Assembly (NCBI GenBank): GCA_048538235.1
Contig: JBLYPX010000001.1
Span: 200,013-264,012 of the forward strand
Direction: 5' to 3'
DNA: 64,000 nucleotides
Origin: Candidatus Komeilibacteria bacterium
GTDB lineage: Bacteria; Patescibacteriota; Patescibacteriia; UBA1558
Shown here: positions 40,994-50,255 of the stretch, piece by piece
How the letters are laid out: each line of letters opens with the position of its first letter
Position numbering within the stretch: the stretch's first letter is position 1
Notes under the pieces: generated by a model
The model's input: only the letters and a program-made list of their open reading frames with translations
The model's database searches: none
Told to the model about the DNA's origin: nothing
Translations under genes and position numbers: made by a program

Positions 40994-41837
40994 AGTAGAA
41001 ACAATTTGTAGAGATTTAGAAAAAAAGATTATTAATAAGAAAATAATAAGTGTTAGTGTTAAAAAACCAAACCTTATTAAACAATCTGCAACCACTTTTA
41101 AAAAGAAATTAATAGGTAATAAAGTAATGGGTGTAGATAGAAGAGGGAAGTTAATAATTCTAAATTTAAAATCTAAAGACTATTTACTAATTCATCTTAA
41201 AATGACCGGTCAGTTAATTTATCAGGTAAAGGATAATATTACAGCTGGCGGTCATGGATTGCCCAGACCAGAGCAAGGACTTCCTAATAAGTTCTCACAC
41301 ATTATTTTTACATTTTCAGATAAATCTCAATTATTCTTTAACGACATGAGACAATTTGGGTATATGCAGATTGTTAATAAAAAAGAATTAGATAATATAT
41401 TAAATGGCTACGGTATTGAGCCCGGTCTAAAAAATTTCACATTAGATAATTTTAATAATGTTCTAAAAAATAGATCAACTAGTATTAAGGCATTATTATT
41501 AAATCAAAAGATAGTAGCTGGTATTGGTAATATATATGCAGATGAAATTTGTCATAAATCTGGTGTTAAACCCATGAGAAAGGTTAACACCTTAACAAGT
41601 CAAGAAAAGAGGAAACTATATCAGAATACTAAATTAGTAATAGCTAGTGCTATTAAAAAAAGAGGCACAACCTTTTCAGATTATGTTGATGCAGATGGAC
41701 ATAGTGGTTCTTTTGTAAATCATCTTAGGGTTTTTGGAAGGCAAGGAGAAAATTGCAAAACATGTAAAAAAGGTGTGATTAAGAAAATAAAGCATGCTGG
41801 CAGAGGCACACATTATTGCCCAAACTGTCAGAAATAA
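40977..41837 (+). CDS. mutM: formamidopyrimidine-DNA glycosylase
   Basis: MPELPEVE start (40977), HLKMTG, GIGNIYADE, C-terminal CxxC..CPNCQ. Confidence 0.97.
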   Translation: MPELPEVETICRDLEKKIINKKIISVSVKKPNLIKQSATTFKKKLIGNKVMGVDRRGKLIILNLKSKDYLLIHLKMTGQLIYQVKDNITAGGHGLPRPEQGLPNKFSHIIFTFSDKSQLFFNDMRQFGYMQIVNKKELDNILNGYGIEPGLKNFTLDNFNNVLKNRSTSIKALLLNQKIVAGIGNIYADEICHKSGVKPMRKVNTLTSQEKRKLYQNTKLVIASAIKKRGTTFSDYVDADGHSGSFVNHLRVFGRQGENCKTCKKGVIKKIKHAGRGTHYCPNCQK

Positions 41838-41877
41838 AAAAGCCTATCCACGATGTTCTGTGGATAGGGTTCTTTTT
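41836..41877. terminator. terminator between mutM and convergent membrane gene
   Basis: cctatccac..gtggatagg stem flanked by A and T runs. Confidence 0.65.
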
Positions 41878-41883
41878 GTGGTT

Positions 41884-42543
41884 TTAGGGTTCTTTTGCAA
41901 TCATGAAATTGCCAAACTTTGCCCAAATTTTTCTATTGGTTATTAGTTTTACTGCTATGCCAATAGCGCTACCAAGTAGATAGCATATCAGGCATAGCAT
42001 CCCAATATACAGACTCAGTATTAATGCAGCTGGAAGTGTAATCAAGAATGCAAGTGGTAATATATACCAGTCTGTAACTGATTTGCTGATTGGTATTTCT
42101 GGATCAATTTTAAGTGCAAGCAAGAAGCCAGCAAAACACATTCCACCAAGTACAACGAACATTGAATTGGATGTATGAATTATGAAACCCACTATACATA
42201 CCAGAGATATACCAAATAGTGCTATAAACACAGATAGGTCATTATCAGAAAGTGTTTTTACCAAGCTTAAATCTTCTCTGACTTTTCTACGATCACTTTT
42301 AAGACTTAACGTTTCGTCGTCTTTATAAAGGGTGATGATAAAAAAGTAAGGCCAGATTATCCCGATGAACAAATCCCACAACCTGCTCATTCTGAAAGGC
42401 AGTTCGAGAGAAAATTTTTCAGTTATAATGAGAGTATCTACGGTTGGAACTACTCTAAAAATTGAGTAAACTCCCCAAAAGGCAGCAATTAAAACTGTGG
42501 CTAAAAAAGTCCACCGATTTGTAACTTTAAATCTCCTACTCAT
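41884..42543 (-). CDS. hypothetical multi-TM membrane protein
   Basis: About 6 TMs; own promoter TTGACA-17-TACTGT and AGGAGAAGGAG SD. Confidence 0.75.
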   Translation of the reverse strand: MSRRFKVTNRWTFLATVLIAAFWGVYSIFRVVPTVDTLIITEKFSLELPFRMSRLWDLFIGIIWPYFFIITLYKDDETLSLKSDRRKVREDLSLVKTLSDNDLSVFIALFGISLVCIVGFIIHTSNSMFVVLGGMCFAGFLLALKIDPEIPISKSVTDWYILPLAFLITLPAALILSLYIGMLCLICYLLGSAIGIAVKLITNRKIWAKFGNFMIAKEP

Positions 42544-42683
42544 TTAAGACTCCTTCTCCTATAAAATAGGATTTTGTTGTTGTTTAAATGTTCTAATGAA
42601 TAATATACAGTAGCATATATAGTTATTTTTGTCAATGTTCATGTTAATAACTATATTTGACAATATAATATATTCATATATAC

Positions 42684-42704
42684 TATTAGTAATCATTCCT
42701 AATA
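42684..42704 (+). promoter_or_regulatory. putative Per/Fur box overlapping the perR promoter
   Basis: Inverted repeat TATTAGTAAT-C-ATTCCTAATA directly after TTGACA(42657)/TATACT(42679). Confidence 0.6.
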
Positions 42705-42709
42705 AGAAT

Positions 42710-43105
42710 ATGGACATAAAGACTAAAATTAACAAAACAGGGGATCGGCTTACAAAGCAAAGACAAGCAATACTCGAGTATCTTGAATCTGTGTATTCTC
42801 ATCCTACTGCTGAAGTAGTATATAAAAATGTTAAAAAAAGAGTACCTAATATTAGTTTGGGTACAGTCTATAGGAATCTTGAATACTTACATTCTCATGG
42901 ATATATTTTAGAGATAACTTCTTTAGATAATAAGAGTCATTATGATGCGCTAACGCAAAATCATGATCATTTTATCTGTGAGTCTTGTAATAGTATTTTA
43001 GATCTAAAGTCTAAGATTAAGACAAAGACTAAGTGTTCTGTTGGAAAGATAAAGTCTAATATTAACTACTATTTTGGAATTTGTAATAAATGTTTAAATA
43101 AATAA
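42710..43105 (+). CDS. perR: Fur-family repressor, PerR-like
   Basis: RLTKQRQAIL, HPTAE, SLGTVYRNL, HDHFICESC, CNKC; start moved to MDIK (42710); heads peroxide-defence genes. Confidence 0.8.
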   Translation: MDIKTKINKTGDRLTKQRQAILEYLESVYSHPTAEVVYKNVKKRVPNISLGTVYRNLEYLHSHGYILEITSLDNKSHYDALTQNHDHFICESCNSILDLKSKIKTKTKCSVGKIKSNINYYFGICNKCLNK

Positions 43106-43108
43106 ATT

Positions 43109-43288
43109 ATGGGAAGTACAACAAGTAAATATATTTGTAAACCTTGTGGCTATATCTATGATCCTGCAAAAGGAGATCCAGATAGTGGTATAGAACCAGG
43201 TACTAGATTTTCAGACATACCAGATGATTGGTATTGTCCTGAATGTGGAGTTTCAAAAGACATGTTTGAACCCTACATTGAAGAATAA
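43109..43288 (+). CDS. rubredoxin (missing from ORF track, 59 aa)
   Basis: [37 protein letters not shown]. Confidence 0.95.
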   Translation: MGSTTSKYICKPCGYIYDPAKGDPDSGIEPGTRFSDIPDDWYCPECGVSKDMFEPYIEE

Positions 43289-43307
43289 GTTAAATAATAA
43301 TAAAATT

Positions 43308-43895
43308 ATGGAAAATGAAATAAATAACAGACCAAGATTAGTTGGTCAAAAATTGCCAGATTTTGAATTCGAGGCATATCAAGATGAACAGATTAAAAAA
43401 ATGAAGTTCTCAGATTTAAAAGGAAAGTGGACAATACTATTCTTTTATCCAAAAGATTTCACATTTGTTTGTCCCACTGAGCTTGAGGATATGGCAAATC
43501 ATTATGATGAATTTAAAAAAGCTGGAGCTGAGGTTATTAGTTTTTCAACTGATACAGTTATAGTTCATAAAGCTTGGCATGATCATTCAGAGGCTATTGC
43601 TAAGGTAAAATATCCTATGGCAGCAGATCCTACTGGCGCAATTTGTAAATCATTAGGAACATATATTGAAGAAGAAGGCGTTTCTCTACGCGGTACATTC
43701 ATTGTAGATCCAGATGGTGTTATTCAAGTCTATGAAGTACACAATGATGGTATTGGCCGTAATGCAACTGAACTATTAAGGAAATTACAAGCTGCTGCTT
43801 TTGTTAGAGAGCACGGCGATCAAGTATGCCCTGCTAATTGGAAGCCGGGTGATGCAACACTAAAACCAGGTTTAGATTTAGTAGGTAAAATATAA
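43308..43895 (+). CDS. ahpC: 2-Cys peroxiredoxin AhpC
   Basis: FYPKDFTFVCPTE, HKAW, VCPANWKPG; start moved to 43308. Confidence 0.95.
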   Translation: MENEINNRPRLVGQKLPDFEFEAYQDEQIKKMKFSDLKGKWTILFFYPKDFTFVCPTELEDMANHYDEFKKAGAEVISFSTDTVIVHKAWHDHSEAIAKVKYPMAADPTGAICKSLGTYIEEEGVSLRGTFIVDPDGVIQVYEVHNDGIGRNATELLRKLQAAAFVREHGDQVCPANWKPGDATLKPGLDLVGKI

Positions 43896-43913
43896 TCATT
43901 AAAGAATAATTCT

Positions 43914-44306
43914 ATGGTTAAGAACAAGGCTGAAGTATACAAATGTTCAGTTTGCGGTAACATTGTAGAAGTAAACCACGTTGGTGGTGGAGAATTACAT
44001 TGTTGTGGCAAACCAATGAATCTATTAGCAGAAAACACCGAAGATGCAGCTACAGAAAAACACGTACCCGTTATTGAAAAAGTAGATAATGGTATTAAAG
44101 TAATAGTTGGTGAAGTAGAGCATCCAATGGAAGATTCTCACTATATTCAGTGGGTAGAGCTAATAGTTGGAGATAAGATATATAAAGAATATCTATCGCC
44201 AGGTAATAAGCCAGAAGCTGTATTTGAGCTAAATGTCTCAGGTAAGGTAATAGCTCGTGAATACTGTAATTTACACGGCTTGTGGAAAGCTGAAGCTGAA
44301 ATTTAA
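43914..44306 (+). CDS. dfx: desulfoferrodoxin (2Fe superoxide reductase)
   Basis: [33 protein letters not shown]. Confidence 0.95.
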   Translation: MVKNKAEVYKCSVCGNIVEVNHVGGGELHCCGKPMNLLAENTEDAATEKHVPVIEKVDNGIKVIVGEVEHPMEDSHYIQWVELIVGDKIYKEYLSPGNKPEAVFELNVSGKVIAREYCNLHGLWKAEAEI

Positions 44307-44358
44307 ACATATATTCTAGATTTATACTAAAATCCCTCCTATTTAACGATAGGAGGGA

Positions 44359-44387
44359 TTGACATTTATTACATAATTTATTATTAT
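44359..44387 (+). promoter_or_regulatory. sigma70 promoter of tRNA-Thr
   Basis: TTGACA-17nt-TATTAT. Confidence 0.65.
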
Positions 44388-44403
44388 GTTGAGGCATAAT
44401 TTG

Positions 44404-44479
44404 GCCACCCTAGCTCAGCTGGTAGAGCATCGGTTTTGTAAACCGCAGGTCGTCGGTTCGAGTCCGACGGGTGGCTCCA
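44404..44479 (+). tRNA. tRNA-Thr(TGT)
   Basis: gccaccc/gggtggc acceptor, loop ttTGTaa, GGTTCGAGTCC, CCA. Confidence 0.95.
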
Positions 44480-44506
44480 GTTTTAATTAAGTATTACAAT
44501 AAAGAT

Positions 44507-44662
44507 ATGTCACAGGACAACATGATAAAGTTCGAATGCACTGAATGTAAGAGAGTTAACTATCATAGTCGCAAGAACAAGAAGGTGATTAAGGATAGAT
44601 TAGAATTAAAGAAATTCTGTACTCACTGTAAAAAACACACATTGCATAAAGAAACTAAATAA
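44507..44662 (+). CDS. rpmG: 50S ribosomal protein L33 (zinc-binding form)
   Basis: [26 protein letters not shown]; start at 44507 (track start lies in the tRNA). Confidence 0.96.
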   Translation: MSQDNMIKFECTECKRVNYHSRKNKKVIKDRLELKKFCTHCKKHTLHKETK

Positions 44663-44663
44663 T

Positions 44664-45107
44664 ATGGCACGAAAGCTTTTTATCTTAGCTATAGTATTAA
44701 TCGCAGTAAATTACTTTTACGGCGATCAAATTGATGCTTGGTGGCAAGGTTGGCGTAGTGGTGATAAAGTGCAAGAAATTGGACAAGATATTGCTGGTCA
44801 AGTTGCAAATGAGATAACAGGTGGTATTAAGAATTATTCAGCAGATGAAATTGAAGGTTTAGCAGATAATTTACCAAAAGATATTCAATTACAAATAGAT
44901 AATTGGTTATTATCTCAGAACTTAAATGAATATGGTGATCCAGAAGGTACGATGTATACTGGTGGAACACCAACCTTTGATGAAGCAACCGGTGAGGTTA
45001 AGGATAGATTTGAATTAGTGTTTAATAAATTTCCAGAATTAATAGATAAGTTTAAACTATCTATTGAAGAATTAAAAGAAACCGTAGATCAAGCAGCGAC
45101 TAAATAA
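44664..45107 (+). CDS. secreted or membrane-anchored hypothetical protein
   Basis: N-terminal hydrophobic segment; motif LNEYGDPEGTMYTGGTPTFDE. Confidence 0.75.
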   Translation: MARKLFILAIVLIAVNYFYGDQIDAWWQGWRSGDKVQEIGQDIAGQVANEITGGIKNYSADEIEGLADNLPKDIQLQIDNWLLSQNLNEYGDPEGTMYTGGTPTFDEATGEVKDRFELVFNKFPELIDKFKLSIEELKETVDQAATK

Positions 45108-45116
45108 GAGAGTAAT

Positions 45117-45190
45117 GGGGGCGTCGTATAGTGGTAGTACATGGGTCTCCAAAACCTATAGCGTGGGTTCGATTCCTACCGCCCCTGCCA
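45117..45190 (+). tRNA. tRNA-Trp(CCA)
   Basis: Loop ctCCAaa, GGTTCGATTCC, CCA end. Confidence 0.95.
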
Positions 45191-45288
45191 TTTCTTTAAA
45201 CCTTTAGACCTTTTAAGGTCTTTTTTTATTTGACATAAACAATTATCTTTGTTAAATCATATATAAGACAAATATAGGAGAAATAATA

Positions 45289-45504
45289 ATGGGTAATCCA
45301 ATTGTTACATTTGTTGAAGATGGTGGTAGTCTTAAGACTAAGGCTGGAGAGAGAATTGTAAAGGATTCTTTAGACACAGAAATTAAAGTAGCAATGCTTA
45401 ATGATTTGTGCGTTGGTCAATTAACAACTTTGCTTAATTCGACCAAAGATCCAGATCTACACCAAAGACTGTTCAGACTGTCTGAAGAGTTAAACCAGAA
45501 ATAG
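45289..45504 (+). CDS. small hypothetical protein
   Basis: TTGACA promoter and AGGAG SD upstream. Confidence 0.65.
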   Translation: MGNPIVTFVEDGGSLKTKAGERIVKDSLDTEIKVAMLNDLCVGQLTTLLNSTKDPDLHQRLFRLSEELNQK

Positions 45505-45530
45505 TACCTTAAAAATAATGAGGAGGGAAT

Positions 45531-46172
45531 ATGTTAGAGAAGCTTTACATTCTTGGTTTCTTTTTTTTGATCTATTGCCTCCGCTATCATTTGGTGTGGG
45601 CAAGGTGTTTTAAAAGAGAGAAGAACCAATATATTAACCTTAATAGATTAAATCATCAACCTGAAAAGGATGAAGATGAAATGATTAAGGCTTTCTGCTT
45701 GGTTGTTGTATTGGTTTTCTACCTGTTTAAGGCAGAATTTCCATCTATCCTAGATATAATTATCGGTTTCTCTATTGTAATAGTTGGTGCTTCTTATTCA
45801 TCTGTTGCTAGAATTCATCTAAATGGATCATGGGCAAATATGGAAGAAGTTACTAAAGATTACAAACCTTTGGTTACAACCGGTGTTTATTCAAGGGTGC
45901 GCAATCCAATTTATGTTGGCCTCATTATTCAATCAATTGGCTATGGTTTTAGCATGGGTATTATGAGTTGGCAAATTGAGATGATGATTCCAGCTTTAAC
46001 ATATTTTGGCTTTGCCGTTGGTAATTATCATTCGGAAATCATTGCAGAGGAGAAGTTTCTTGCAAAAAGGCATGGTGATAAATTTAAAAATTATTGCCTG
46101 CATACTGGTAGATATATACCAAAGATTATTGCAGTTAAACCAATAACTAAAATGTGTACAGAAATACAATAA
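45531..46172 (+). CDS. isoprenylcysteine carboxyl methyltransferase (ICMT/PEMT)-family membrane protein
   Basis: LVTTGVYSRVRNPIYVG, EEKFL, Y...TGRYIP. Confidence 0.85.
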   Translation: MLEKLYILGFFFLIYCLRYHLVWARCFKREKNQYINLNRLNHQPEKDEDEMIKAFCLVVVLVFYLFKAEFPSILDIIIGFSIVIVGASYSSVARIHLNGSWANMEEVTKDYKPLVTTGVYSRVRNPIYVGLIIQSIGYGFSMGIMSWQIEMMIPALTYFGFAVGNYHSEIIAEEKFLAKRHGDKFKNYCLHTGRYIPKIIAVKPITKMCTEIQ

Positions 46173-46340
46173 AACAGCTATATTAATAATATGGCTGTTT
46201 TTTTGCTAATATTAGGTAAATTATTTAATAAAAGTTATACACAGTTGCTGAAAGTATGCATGTATTGCTATTTTTTGACCATTTGCAGTATAATAGTACC
46301 CAGTTAAGCATTAATTTTACTAATAATTAAGCAAAAAATT

Positions 46341-46631
46341 ATGGCAGCTCCAAAAATTACTAAAAAGGATTTAGGCCAAATGATGGCAGATAAATTCGAA
46401 GAAGTAAACAAAAAGACTGGCGTTGAAATCGTCGAATGGTTATTCGAAGAATTCAAGGCTCAAATGCAAAATGGAATGGAAGTATTTATCAAAGACTTTG
46501 GTAAATTCAAGGTTTTCGAAAGTAAAGCTAGAATGGGTATTAATCCAATCACTAAGGAAAAGATCCAGATCTCAGCTAAAAGAAAAGTTAAATATTATCC
46601 AGCTAAGGCTGTTAAAGATTTAGCTAAATAA
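46341..46631 (+). CDS. hup: HU-family DNA-binding protein
   Basis: FGKFKV, ARMGINPITKEKIQI, YPAKAVK. Confidence 0.9.
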   Translation: MAAPKITKKDLGQMMADKFEEVNKKTGVEIVEWLFEEFKAQMQNGMEVFIKDFGKFKVFESKARMGINPITKEKIQISAKRKVKYYPAKAVKDLAK

Positions 46632-46650
46632 ATAGAAATATTTATTTTAT

Positions 46651-46687
46651 ACACCCGATTCTCATTGTGCTGAGAATCGGGTGTTTT
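46651..46687 (+). terminator. intrinsic terminator after hup
   Basis: acacccgattctca/tgagaatcgggtgt 14-bp stem plus T run. Confidence 0.85.
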
Positions 46688-46745
46688 ATTAGCCAATATC
46701 GCTATTTTAATATAAAATATATATACAATTAGTAAATAAATAATT

Positions 46746-47786
46746 ATGGATTTTTTAAGCTTTATTTTTTGGGGAAACTCAATTCAGGAATATTTGGTAG
46801 CATTAGCTATTCTAATTGGCGCTGTTATTGTATTTAGAGTATTTAAATTAATTTTAGTTGCCAGATTAAAGAAAATTGCTAAAAAAACAAGCACAGATTA
46901 TGACGATGCTTTTATAGCGGTGTTGAATAAAATAACATGGCTTTTTTATTTGGTTTTATCTGCATTCATTGCGATGCAATTTTTAAATGTAGGTGATAGA
47001 TTTGATAGAATTGCTAATTATGTATTTGTAATAGTGTTTGGTTGGCAGGTTATTAAATCTATTTTAGTTGTTGTAGATTTTATTTTACACAAAGCTTTGT
47101 CAAAGGGTGAGGAAGAACCAGATGCCCATAAGATAGACTTGTTTAGTAAATTAATTAAAATAATTGTTTGGGTTGTGGGCCTAGTATTAGTAATATCTAA
47201 TTTAGGTTATGATGTGACAGCCTTAATAGCTGGGCTTGGAGTCGGTGGTATTGCCATTGCTTTTGCTCTGCAGAATGTATTAGAAGATATATTTTCTTCC
47301 TTTTCTATATATTTAGATCAGCCATTCAAAATTGGTGATTATATTGTAGTAGGTAAAGAAATGGGAACAGTTACTAAAATAGGTATTAAGACAACTAGAC
47401 TATTATCTGTGCAGGGTGAAGAGGTGGTTGTTTCTAATAAGGAGTTGACTAATGCACACATTCAAAACTATAGGAAGATTAAAGAGAGAAGAACTCAATT
47501 TGATATTGGAGTAGCTTATGAAACAAGTAATGATAAATTGAAAAAGATTCCGGATATAATTAAGAAAATTATTTCTGATAATAAGGATTGTAGGTTTGAA
47601 CGTTGTACGTTTAAAGAGTTCGCGGATTTTAGTTTAAATTATGATATTGTATTTCATTATAGCGATAATGATTATAATAAATATTTATTAGCTAGAGAAC
47701 AAATTAATTTAAATATTAAAAGTGAGTTTGAAAAGGAAGGGATTGAGTTTGCTTATCCTACACAAACTGTTATAGTGAAAAAATAA
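46746..47786 (+). CDS. MscS-family mechanosensitive channel
   Basis: LIAGLGVGGIAIAFALQ, PFKIGDYI, GIKTTR, FAYPTQ. Confidence 0.93.
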   Translation: MDFLSFIFWGNSIQEYLVALAILIGAVIVFRVFKLILVARLKKIAKKTSTDYDDAFIAVLNKITWLFYLVLSAFIAMQFLNVGDRFDRIANYVFVIVFGWQVIKSILVVVDFILHKALSKGEEEPDAHKIDLFSKLIKIIVWVVGLVLVISNLGYDVTALIAGLGVGGIAIAFALQNVLEDIFSSFSIYLDQPFKIGDYIVVGKEMGTVTKIGIKTTRLLSVQGEEVVVSNKELTNAHIQNYRKIKERRTQFDIGVAYETSNDKLKKIPDIIKKIISDNKDCRFERCTFKEFADFSLNYDIVFHYSDNDYNKYLLAREQINLNIKSEFEKEGIEFAYPTQTVIVKK

Positions 47787-48052
47787 TGAAAATATTAAAG
47801 TTTGGAGCAGTGTGGTGTCCTGGATGTCTTGTGATGAGACCACGTTGGGAAAAAATTGAAAAAGAAAATGATTGGTTAAATACTGAGTATTTTGATATTG
47901 ATGAATTTCCAGAAGTAAAGGAAAAATATGAATTAAAGGAGTATCCAACATTTATCTGGTTAGATAAAAATGAACAGGAGATTGACCGTAGACAAGGAGA
48001 AATCTCTGAGGATGAAATTTTAGATTTAATTAATAAGTACAAGGAGAAATAA
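47786..48052 (+). CDS. thioredoxin family protein
   Basis: WCPGC, YPTFI. Confidence 0.9.
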   Translation: MKILKFGAVWCPGCLVMRPRWEKIEKENDWLNTEYFDIDEFPEVKEKYELKEYPTFIWLDKNEQEIDRRQGEISEDEILDLINKYKEK

Positions 48053-48055
48053 TAT

Positions 48056-49270
48056 ATGAAGAAGTTAATATTTTTAGTATTTGCTTTTGTTATATTTGCA
48101 TCTGTATTAGCAGCTTTGCCAATAAAAGCAGCACCAGCTTTGCAGGAAGTTAAGATTAATTATTTTTGGGGTGATGGTTGTCCTCATTGCGCTGAAGCAA
48201 AACCTTTTTTAGATGATTTAGAACAAAGAAAGCCAAATGTAGAGATTAGAAGGTTTGAAGTTTGGAATGATAGGGCAAATGCTAAGCTTATGGGTGAAGT
48301 TGGTAGGTATATGCAAGCAAATGTTGGTGGCGTCCCTTTTTTTACCATTGGAGATAAATATGTAACTGGTTTTGGAACAGCTGAAACAACTGGTAGGCAG
48401 ATAGAACAATTGGTTGAGATTTGTGAGGTTCGTGGTTGTATAGATGTATTAGAAGAAATGGGGGTAACTAATGCAATTCCTAAAGAGGAAGTAAAAGAAG
48501 AAAAGGTTAATGAAAAATTATTAGGTCATAAAGTAGATTTGCCACTGTTTGGCGAGATAGATGCAGGTACCACTTCTTTGATTGGTTTAACAACAGCTAT
48601 TGCTTTTTTGGATGGATTTAATCCTTGTGCAATGTGGGTTCTGTTATTCCTAATTTCATTATTATTAGGAATGGAGAATAAGCGCAGAAGGTGGGCTTTG
48701 GGCCTTGCCTTTATAATTGCCTCAGGTCTTGTATATTTCTTATTCTTAGCAGCTTGGTTAAACTTTTTCCTATTCGTTGGTATGATTGGAATTATTCGAA
48801 TGATTATTGGAATTGTAGCTGTAGCTTCTGGCTATTTTAGTTTAAGGTCATGGCACAAGCATAGAACAGGTTGTATTGCAGAGGAAAGTGATAACAGAAA
48901 AAAGATTTTTGCTAAGTTAAAAGAAATGGTTGCAAAGCAGAATTTTTGGTTAGCTTTGATTGGAATTATCTTATTAGCAGGAGCTGTCAATTTGATTGAA
49001 CTTATGTGTTCAGCTGGATTGCCAGCAATATATACTCAAGTTCTATCTTTATCTGAGTTACCAAGTATTAGCTATTATGCTTATCTACTGTGGTATATAT
49101 TTATTTATATGATAGATGATATCATTGTTTTTGTGGTAGCTATGGTTACTTTGCAAGCATTTGGTATTAGTAATAAATATGCATTATGGGTTAAGTTTGT
49201 AGGCGGTATTATTATCTTAATGTTAGGTATATTACTATTGTTTAAACCAGAACTATTAATGTTTGGTTAA
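48056..49270 (+). CDS. exported glutaredoxin-like domain fused to CcdA/DsbD-like membrane domain
   Basis: Signal peptide, CPHC and GVP, then TMs with DGFNPCA and ELMC. Confidence 0.8.
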   Translation: MKKLIFLVFAFVIFASVLAALPIKAAPALQEVKINYFWGDGCPHCAEAKPFLDDLEQRKPNVEIRRFEVWNDRANAKLMGEVGRYMQANVGGVPFFTIGDKYVTGFGTAETTGRQIEQLVEICEVRGCIDVLEEMGVTNAIPKEEVKEEKVNEKLLGHKVDLPLFGEIDAGTTSLIGLTTAIAFLDGFNPCAMWVLLFLISLLLGMENKRRRWALGLAFIIASGLVYFLFLAAWLNFFLFVGMIGIIRMIIGIVAVASGYFSLRSWHKHRTGCIAEESDNRKKIFAKLKEMVAKQNFWLALIGIILLAGAVNLIELMCSAGLPAIYTQVLSLSELPSISYYAYLLWYIFIYMIDDIIVFVVAMVTLQAFGISNKYALWVKFVGGIIILMLGILLLFKPELLMFG

Positions 49271-49282
49271 ATTAAATATTTG

Positions 49283-49311
49283 AAACGCCCCTTGTTTAAG
49301 GGGCGTTTTTT
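49283..49311 (+). terminator. intrinsic terminator
   Basis: aaacgcccctt-gttt-aaggggcgttt plus T run. Confidence 0.8.
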
Positions 49312-49346
49312 AATTTAAGGTAAAAATGGTATAATATACACAACTT

Positions 49347-50255
49347 ATGACAAAGAATAAAATAAAAGATCTTATCATTGGAGTAGATATTGGTGGTACA
49401 AAAGTTAAACTAATACTATTACAAAGAGGTAAGGTAATTGAAGAAGATAAATATTTAGTTAAGAGTTTTAAAACTTCTAGACAGTTTTTAGCTACTCTAA
49501 TTGCTAATATTGAATTACTTATAAAAGATTATCCAAAGGGTAGGATTAAAGGTATTGGTATTGGACTACCTGGTGTTTTAGATGAGAAGAGAGAAAAGAT
49601 AGTTATTCCTCCAAATTTAAAGATAATCAAGAATATAGATTTTATTAAAGAATTAAAGTCTAAATTTAATTTACCTGTTAAATTAGAAAATGATACTAAT
49701 TGTATGGCACTGGCAGAAATGTTGTGGGGAGCGGGTAAGAATAAACAATCTATGGTATTACTATCTTTAGGAACAGGTGTTGGTGGTGGTATTGTTTATC
49801 GTCGCGGTAATAAAGTTCAGCTTTTAACTGGTCATAGAGGGGCAGCGGGTGAGATTGGACATATGCTTATTAACTTTAACGGTGTAGAAGGATCTAGAAA
49901 ACCAGGTGAGCTTGAGCAGTATGCATCAATTAAGTTTTTAAAAAGACGTTCAGCTAAACCTGCTTTAACAATTCAGAAAGAAGCACAAGCTGGTAATAAG
50001 TCAGCACAAAAGATATATGCAGAGCTTGGTCACTATTTAGGGTTTGGTCTTGCAAATATTGTTAATATATTTGATCCAGAAATAATAGTTTTAGGAGGAG
50101 GGGTTTCAGAAGCATATAAGTTATTTATTAAGCCAGCAAAAGCTTCTATGAAGAAAAATATTTTGTCTATTAAGTCTGCAGGTTTACCGGTTTTAAAAAC
50201 TAAATTAAAAGGCGATGGTGGTGCTATGGGTGCAGCAGCTTTGTGGTTACAATAA
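49347..50255 (+). CDS. ROK-family sugar kinase (glucokinase-like)
   Basis: GVDIGGTK, ENDTNC, LGTGVGGG, GEIGH. Confidence 0.92.
   Translation: MTKNKIKDLIIGVDIGGTKVKLILLQRGKVIEEDKYLVKSFKTSRQFLATLIANIELLIKDYPKGRIKGIGIGLPGVLDEKREKIVIPPNLKIIKNIDFIKELKSKFNLPVKLENDTNCMALAEMLWGAGKNKQSMVLLSLGTGVGGGIVYRRGNKVQLLTGHRGAAGEIGHMLINFNGVEGSRKPGELEQYASIKFLKRRSAKPALTIQKEAQAGNKSAQKIYAELGHYLGFGLANIVNIFDPEIIVLGGGVSEAYKLFIKPAKASMKKNILSIKSAGLPVLKTKLKGDGGAMGAAALWLQ

Noticed and set aside
45531-46172. Methyltransferase as a tailoring enzyme for the graspetide
   Set aside because: It is an ICMT-type membrane enzyme 10 kb away, not the PIMT-type enzyme linked to aspartimidylated graspetides
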